Of a DNA stretch of 35,330 nt, positions 30,542 through 35,330 are shown one piece after another (position 1 is the first letter of the stretch; each line of letters starts with the position of its first letter). Made by a program: the position numbers and the translations under genes. The notes under the pieces were generated by a model, which was not told the origin of the DNA, did no database searches, and was given only the letters and a program-made list of their open reading frames with translations. The DNA comes from an uncultured Candidatus Saccharibacteria bacterium (GTDB taxonomy: Bacteria; Patescibacteriota; Minisyncoccia; Phycocordibacterales; JACOZG01): contig CAYIFC010000002.1 in the NCBI GenBank assembly GCA_964362645.1, positions 1-35,330 of the forward strand. The letters run 5' to 3'.

Positions 30542-31459
30542 ATGAGTGTTCATGTTCCGATCCTTGTAAAAGAAAGTATTGAGGGGCTAAAGATTGGTCC
30601 TGGTTCGGTAGTAATTGACGCCACGTTGGGCGGCGGCGGCCACGCTACGGCCATCTGTCAGGTTATTGGTCTGGAAGGTAAGTTGATTGGTCTCGATGCC
30701 GACAGTCAGGCACTCGAGCGGACCAAAAGTCGGATGGAGATGGGCTACTGTCAGAATGTTCTGATTCAAACCAACTTTCGACACTTGAGTTCAGCTTTGG
30801 CTCAAGCCGCGGTGGAGCAAGTAGATGCTGTGTTTATGGATCTCGGTCTCTCTAGCGATGAGTTGGCCGATGCGGCGCGCGGGTTTTCTTTCCAAGGTTC
30901 TGGCCCACTCCAAATGACCTTTAGTGATCAGCCGGCTGAAGGAGCACTAACGGCCAAGGAGATTGTCAATGAGTGGGGCGAAGAAACGCTGGCCGACATC
31001 ATCTACGCTTTCGGTGAGGAGCAGTTCTCGCGGCGGATTGCTAAAGCGATAGTTGAGGCCCGGGCCGTAAAGCCGTTGGCGACAACTGCCGATCTGGTTA
31101 GTGTCATCGAGCAAGCCGTGCCGGCCTGGTATTGCCAGGGGAGACTTCATCCGGCCACCAAAACTTTCCAAGCCCTGCGGATTGTGGTTAATGACGAGTT
31201 GGGCGCGCTTAAAGAAGCTCTGGCGGCAAGTTGGCAAGTGCTCAAACCCGGTGGGCGGATCGCGATTATTACTTTCCACAGTTTGGAGGCCAGGATTGTT
31301 AAAGATTTTTTTAAACAACAAAAGCAATCAGGAGACGGGAGAATCATAAATAAGAAAGCAATTACTCCCACGCGCGAAGAAGTTAAGCAAAACCCCCGCG
31401 CGCGAAGTGCCAAACTCCGAATTATCGAAAAATCAATTTTAAAACAAGATGACCAATAG
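30542..31459 (+). CDS. rsmH: 16S rRNA (cytosine1402-N4)-methyltransferase RsmH
   Basis: Motifs include HVPILVKESIEGL, VIDATLGGGGHA, DLGLSS and HPATKTFQALRIVVNDEL. Confidence 0.92.
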   Translation: MSVHVPILVKESIEGLKIGPGSVVIDATLGGGGHATAICQVIGLEGKLIGLDADSQALERTKSRMEMGYCQNVLIQTNFRHLSSALAQAAVEQVDAVFMDLGLSSDELADAARGFSFQGSGPLQMTFSDQPAEGALTAKEIVNEWGEETLADIIYAFGEEQFSRRIAKAIVEARAVKPLATTADLVSVIEQAVPAWYCQGRLHPATKTFQALRIVVNDELGALKEALAASWQVLKPGGRIAIITFHSLEARIVKDFFKQQKQSGDGRIINKKAITPTREEVKQNPRARSAKLRIIEKSILKQDDQ

Positions 31460-31775
31460 AAATATTAATTTAGAATCACGCCAGCGTTACTTTTGGCTTT
31501 TGCTCTGTGTCTTGGTGGTGATGATCGGTAGTTACTTTTATTTTGTTCATCAAAGTATCGCCGTTGTCGTTGACCAAGAGGCGATCAAGCGACGTTTAAA
31601 TGAAACCGGTGCAGTCAATGCCCGTTTGGAATCAACCTATATTCGTGCCAGCAGTAAGATTACGATGGAGTTAGCGAGCGAGCGCGGCTTTACCGATCCA
31701 ACCTTTGATTCCTCGTTTGCTTATCTTGACCGGGCTGAGCGCCTGGCATTAGGAGGCGTAAGTAATGAGCGTTAA
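31449..31775 (+). CDS. ftsL: FtsL-like small bitopic division protein
   Basis: 108 aa with a single TM helix (FWLLLCVLVVMIGSYFYFV) and a short periplasmic coiled coil. It lies between rsmH and ftsI, and both ends overlap the neighbouring genes. Confidence 0.55.
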   Translation: MTNRNINLESRQRYFWLLLCVLVVMIGSYFYFVHQSIAVVVDQEAIKRRLNETGAVNARLESTYIRASSKITMELASERGFTDPTFDSSFAYLDRAERLALGGVSNER

Positions 31776-33471
31776 AACTACTGGCCGAATACGCTTACTT
31801 AAAGCTGTTGCCGTGGTGGTGGCCGCAATCTTGCTGGGCCGCCTTTTTCTTGTGCAGGTTATTGCTGGTGGCGACTATCGGGCACGAGCCAATCGCCAGT
31901 ATACTCGGCCGGCAGGGGCGGTTTTTGATCGCGGAAGTATTTTTTTTCAAGATCGGAATGGTCAACTGGTCTCGGCGGCTGGCGTTGAGAGCGGTTTTTT
32001 ATTAGCGATCAATCCCGTTTTAGTTATCGATAATCAGGTCACTTACGCCAAACTGGCGACTGTTTTGCCAGCACTTGATGGAGAATCTTTTATGACTAAG
32101 GCTGGCAAGGACGACGACCCTTACGAAGAAATAGCTACTCGATTAAGCGAAGCGGAAGCTAAAGCCATTAACGATCTTGAATTAGCTGGTGTTTCCGTTC
32201 ATCCTGAACGCTGGCGTTTTTATCCAGCTGGAAGTTTAGCTGCACACACCATCGGCTTTTTAGGCTATCGTGACGACGAATTCGCTGGTCGTTATGGTTT
32301 AGAAAAGCAATATGATGAGCTTTTAACGCCGTCGGGCGAATCCAGTTCTCTGGCGCGAATTTGGAGTGAAGTTTTGGGCAGTAGTTTAGCTGGTAAGAAG
32401 GAGGAAACCAAAGCAAGCATCGTTACTACGATTGAGCCAAATGTTGAGCGTTTTTTGGAGGATGAGTTGGCTGCCTTTCAGGAGCGCTGGTCACCGGATC
32501 AGTTAGGCGGTATTGTAATGGATCCGCAGACGGGTCGGATCTTAGCCTTTGGCTCTAGTCCCAACTTTGATCCGGGCGAAAAGATTGAAGATATTTCGCT
32601 CCTGCCCAACCCGCTCGTGGAAAAGGTGTTTGAAATGGGTTCAATCGTTAAGCCTATTACGATGGCCGCGGCACTTGACGCAGGCGCCGTAACGGCGGAA
32701 ACCACCTACGTTGATCGGGGCAAGCTCACGATCGCTAATCGCACGATCGGTAATTACGACGGCAGCGCTCATGGCACAGTTTCGATGCAGACCGTTCTAA
32801 GTAAGTCACTAAACACTGGCGCTGTGTTTGCTCAACAAAAGTTAGGTGAGCAAAAATTTATTAATTATTTTTCGGCCTTTGGCTTTGGCGAGAAGACGGG
32901 GATCGATTTGCCGAACGAGACGGCCGGATTAATTGCTAATTTAGAGAAGGGGGGAGAGATTGCTGCGGCCACTGCTTCGTATGGGCAAGGAGTTTCGCTC
33001 TCGCCAATCGCCATGACTCGAGCCCTCTCGGTGTTGGCGGCTGGAGGTGTATTACCCGCTCCTCACGTGGTGGAGCAGTTGGTGTATCAAGATGGTAGTA
33101 AGGGCGAGTTAGCGCGCGAGGCGCCGAAGTCACGGCAGGTAATTAAGAAAGAAACAGCCGCTGAGATTACCTCCATGCTCGTTAAGGTGGTTGACGAAGC
33201 GTTGGTTGGTGGCCGGGCTAAGCTACCGCATTATCAAGTCGCCGCCAAGACCGGGACGGCCCAGATTCCTAAAGCTGGTGGGGGTTACGAAGAGGGTAAG
33301 TTCCTCCATTCCTTCTTTGGTTACTTTCCAGCTTACGAAGCCAAATTCATTGTTTTTCTTTATGCTGTCAATCCGCGCGGTGCTCAGTATTCGTCCGAAA
33401 CTCTGACTGACCCCTTTATCCATTTAACTAAGTTTCTCTTAAACTATTACCAAGTTCCACCCGACCGCTAA
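31765..33471 (+). CDS. ftsI: Class B penicillin-binding protein (FtsI/PBP3-type division transpeptidase)
   Basis: It has a TM anchor and the motifs SIVKP (SxxK), SLNTG (SxN) and KTGTAQ. The gene context is the dcw cluster. Confidence 0.85.
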   Translation: MSVKTTGRIRLLKAVAVVVAAILLGRLFLVQVIAGGDYRARANRQYTRPAGAVFDRGSIFFQDRNGQLVSAAGVESGFLLAINPVLVIDNQVTYAKLATVLPALDGESFMTKAGKDDDPYEEIATRLSEAEAKAINDLELAGVSVHPERWRFYPAGSLAAHTIGFLGYRDDEFAGRYGLEKQYDELLTPSGESSSLARIWSEVLGSSLAGKKEETKASIVTTIEPNVERFLEDELAAFQERWSPDQLGGIVMDPQTGRILAFGSSPNFDPGEKIEDISLLPNPLVEKVFEMGSIVKPITMAAALDAGAVTAETTYVDRGKLTIANRTIGNYDGSAHGTVSMQTVLSKSLNTGAVFAQQKLGEQKFINYFSAFGFGEKTGIDLPNETAGLIANLEKGGEIAAATASYGQGVSLSPIAMTRALSVLAAGGVLPAPHVVEQLVYQDGSKGELAREAPKSRQVIKKETAAEITSMLVKVVDEALVGGRAKLPHYQVAAKTGTAQIPKAGGGYEEGKFLHSFFGYFPAYEAKFIVFLYAVNPRGAQYSSETLTDPFIHLTKFLLNYYQVPPDR

Positions 33472-33479
33472 TATATATT

Positions 33480-34835
33480 ATGATAAAAAAACTTTTTCGT
33501 TCGATTATTGTGGCACTGTTGGCGGTAGAGTCGCGGGCGATTCTGCGCAAGTATAAGCCTAAAATAATTGCTATCACTGGTAATCTCGGCAAAACTAGTA
33601 CTAAGGATGCGATCTATCAGGCGCTGGCTCCGCATTTAAATCTTCGACGAAGCGAGAAGAGTTTTAATAGTGAAATTGGCGTGCCGTTGAGTATTTTGGG
33701 CCGACCTAATGTTTGGGGGAGCGCCAAGGGTTGGGTTAGTAATTTACTTCATGGTTTAGGCTTGATTCTTTTCCGTGAGCCGTACCCCGAGTGGCTTGTG
33801 CTGGAGGTGGGCGCCGATCGTGTGGGCGATATCAAGCAGTTGGCCAAATGGCTTAAACCCGACATTGCCGTTTTTACCGGCGTGCCAGCCGTGCCCGTGC
33901 ATATCGAGTTTTTTCCTACGCGCGATAGTTTAGTTAAAGAAAAGCGTTTTTTGTTAGCGTCTGTGCGTTCGGGTGGGACAATAATAGTTAATCATGATGA
34001 TGCCGACACGGCCGAACTGATCACTTGGCTTAAACAGCATCAAGGCGAGTGTACCATTATTAGTTACGGTTTTAATGAGGGTGCTTCTTTTAGGGCCAGT
34101 AACGATAATTATATTTACGATACTGTTGGTGAGGGGATGGATGTGCCGAAAGGAATAACTTTCAAATTTGATCACGCTGGTAATAGTATGCCGCTTTCGG
34201 TGGCCGGTATTTTTGGCCGTCAGCAAATTTATCCGATTTTAGCGGCCCTCGCCGTGGGCACGGTGCTTAAATTGAATTTAGTCACTCTATCGCAAGGTTT
34301 AACGGAGTACGAAGCACCGTCCGGACGCGGTCGCCTGCTAAAGGGGGAGAAAGGGAGTTTGATCCTAGACGATAGCTACAACTCCTCACCGCTCGCGCTG
34401 GAAGCGGCGCTTGAGGCACTAGGCGCGATTAAAGCCGGCAGACGGATCGCCGTTTTGGGCGATATGATGGAGTTGGGGAGTCAGACTATCGAAGCGCATC
34501 GCGCGGTCGGTAAGCAAGTTACTAAGTCCGTAGATTTTCTAATCACTGTTGGCTTGCGGGCCAAATTTATTGCTGAAGCGGCGAAGGAGCAGCCTGCCCG
34601 CCCTCCCACAGAGTCGGGAGCAGGCGGGGGGATGAGTCCGGATAAAATAATGTCGTTTGATGAAGTATCCGCCGCGGCCACAGCGCTTGAACCGCTTATT
34701 ACGGCCGGAGACTTAATTTTAGTCAAAGGTTCGCAATCAACTCGCCTCGAAAAACTTGTGCTAGAAATCATGGCCGACCCCACTCTTGCTCCCAACCTCC
34801 TCTGCCGCCAAGAAAAAGAGTGGGAAGAGAGGTAG
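33480..34835 (+). CDS. murF: UDP-N-acetylmuramoyl-tripeptide--D-alanyl-D-alanine ligase
   Basis: It has the P-loop ITGNLGKTSTKD, the Mur ligase middle and C-terminal domains (LDDSYNSSPLALEAAL, VLGDMMELG), and a Gly/Pro-rich insertion (EQPARPPTESGAGGGMSPDK). Confidence 0.85.
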   Translation: MIKKLFRSIIVALLAVESRAILRKYKPKIIAITGNLGKTSTKDAIYQALAPHLNLRRSEKSFNSEIGVPLSILGRPNVWGSAKGWVSNLLHGLGLILFREPYPEWLVLEVGADRVGDIKQLAKWLKPDIAVFTGVPAVPVHIEFFPTRDSLVKEKRFLLASVRSGGTIIVNHDDADTAELITWLKQHQGECTIISYGFNEGASFRASNDNYIYDTVGEGMDVPKGITFKFDHAGNSMPLSVAGIFGRQQIYPILAALAVGTVLKLNLVTLSQGLTEYEAPSGRGRLLKGEKGSLILDDSYNSSPLALEAALEALGAIKAGRRIAVLGDMMELGSQTIEAHRAVGKQVTKSVDFLITVGLRAKFIAEAAKEQPARPPTESGAGGGMSPDKIMSFDEVSAAATALEPLITAGDLILVKGSQSTRLEKLVLEIMADPTLAPNLLCRQEKEWEER

Positions 34836-34846
34836 TTTTCGGGGGC

Positions 34847-34874
34847 TTGCAATTTTCTGCACATCTGGTATAAT
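34847..34874 (+). promoter_or_regulatory. Strong-looking promoter TTGCAA-16 nt-TGgTATAAT
   Basis: TTGCAA is at 34847-34852 and the extended -10 ctggTATAAT has TATAAT at 34869-34874. The roughly 60-nt leader ends in the hairpin ttcgg-aaaggagg-ccgaa, which presents the SD in its loop just before GTG 34936. Confidence 0.55.
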
Positions 34875-34935
34875 AGGGGCTGGAGACCTGGTCCTTGAAT
34901 TGTAATTTGTAACTTTTTTCGGAAAGGAGGCCGAA

Positions 34936-35217
34936 GTGAGTGTTTGGAGAGAGTATGACGTTTGGGAGAAACTCCCGGATCGTTTGATCTACATTCGATC
35001 GACTTGGGCCGTTAGTGAAGAACACGCGCTCAATAATGTCCGTTGGACCACTTACGGTCGTGTAGCGGTAGAAGACTTGTATTGGCCACTGGTGGCGACT
35101 AGAACTATAGAGTCACCACCACGACAATTACTGATAGTTCAACCGCCAAAGCCAGTGAAAACACAGAACAAACAACTAGTATTCAGAGATTTTCTCAAGC
35201 CGAAACCAGCGTACTAA
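34936..35217 (+). CDS. Hypothetical 93-aa protein (Trp/Arg-rich N-terminal half, Pro/Lys-rich tail)
   Basis: It has a GTG start with AAGGAGG upstream, plus its own promoter and terminator. No domain was recognised. Confidence 0.55.
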   Translation: MSVWREYDVWEKLPDRLIYIRSTWAVSEEHALNNVRWTTYGRVAVEDLYWPLVATRTIESPPRQLLIVQPPKPVKTQNKQLVFRDFLKPKPAY

Positions 35218-35221
35218 ATTT

Positions 35222-35246
35222 GGGCATCCCTTGGATGCCCTTTTTT
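35222..35246 (+). terminator. Intrinsic terminator
   Basis: Stem gggcatcc (35222-35229) pairs with ggatgccc (35233-35240), followed by TTTTTT (35241-35246). Confidence 0.75.
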
Positions 35247-35278
35247 ATATGTAAATATTGTGCTATTTTATTTTTTAA

Positions 35279-35330
35279 GGCCCTATCGTCTAACGGTTAG
35301 GACGGAAGCTTCTCAAGCTTTAAATCCGGG
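35279..35330 (+). tRNA. tRNA-Glu (anticodon CUC), 5' two-thirds, truncated by the window end
   Basis: It parses as GGCCCTA-TC-GTCT-AACGGTT-AGGAC-G-GAAGC-TTCTCAA-GCTTT-AAAT-CCGGG. The acceptor, D arm and anticodon arm all fold. The anticodon-loop centre is CTC, and the D arm TCGTCTA..AGGAC is typical of tRNA-Glu. Confidence 0.75.

Overview
This is a chromosomal segment from a small-genome bacterium. I infer a Patescibacteria/CPR-like organism from the minimalised housekeeping proteins, the gene order and the many leaderless-looking gene starts. The standard genetic code applies: TAA, TAG and TGA all act as stops. The housekeeping backbone is thrS (partial) | priA-def-fmt | murA-mreB-holB-like | frr-rseP | proS-mreB-mreC-(mreD?)-mrdA-greA-lysS | mraZ-rsmH-ftsL-ftsI-murF | tRNA-Glu (partial). 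There are four blocks of accessory content. (1) A roughly 3.6 kb, visibly AT-richer island (about 509-4097) lies between thrS and fmt. It is built from repeated self-contained units: three paralogous membrane-anchored zinc-ribbon mini-proteins, each with its own promoter, leader and a terminator that contains the stop codon. Two of them sit tail-to-tail with paralogous 165-169 aa proteins of no recognisable family. The island also holds a 72 aa coupled ORF, a nonsense-disrupted NYN nuclease gene and a 28-nt perfectly conserved hairpin element that recurs upstream of mraZ. This island is my best candidate for an undescribed system. (2) A three-gene cell-surface operon spans 7278-11672. (3) Two large secreted proteins (15233-19015) share a C-terminal repeat plus a Cys-containing tail. 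(4) There is a DUF559 endonuclease remnant and a family of palindromic intergenic repeats. Other points of note are a PriA homolog with all ATPase motifs degenerate, ThrRS and ProRS lacking editing domains, two MreB paralogs, phased MraZ-box repeats, and a recurrent -10 box placed 5-10 nt before start codons. No rRNA, CRISPR array, integrase or transposase was seen.
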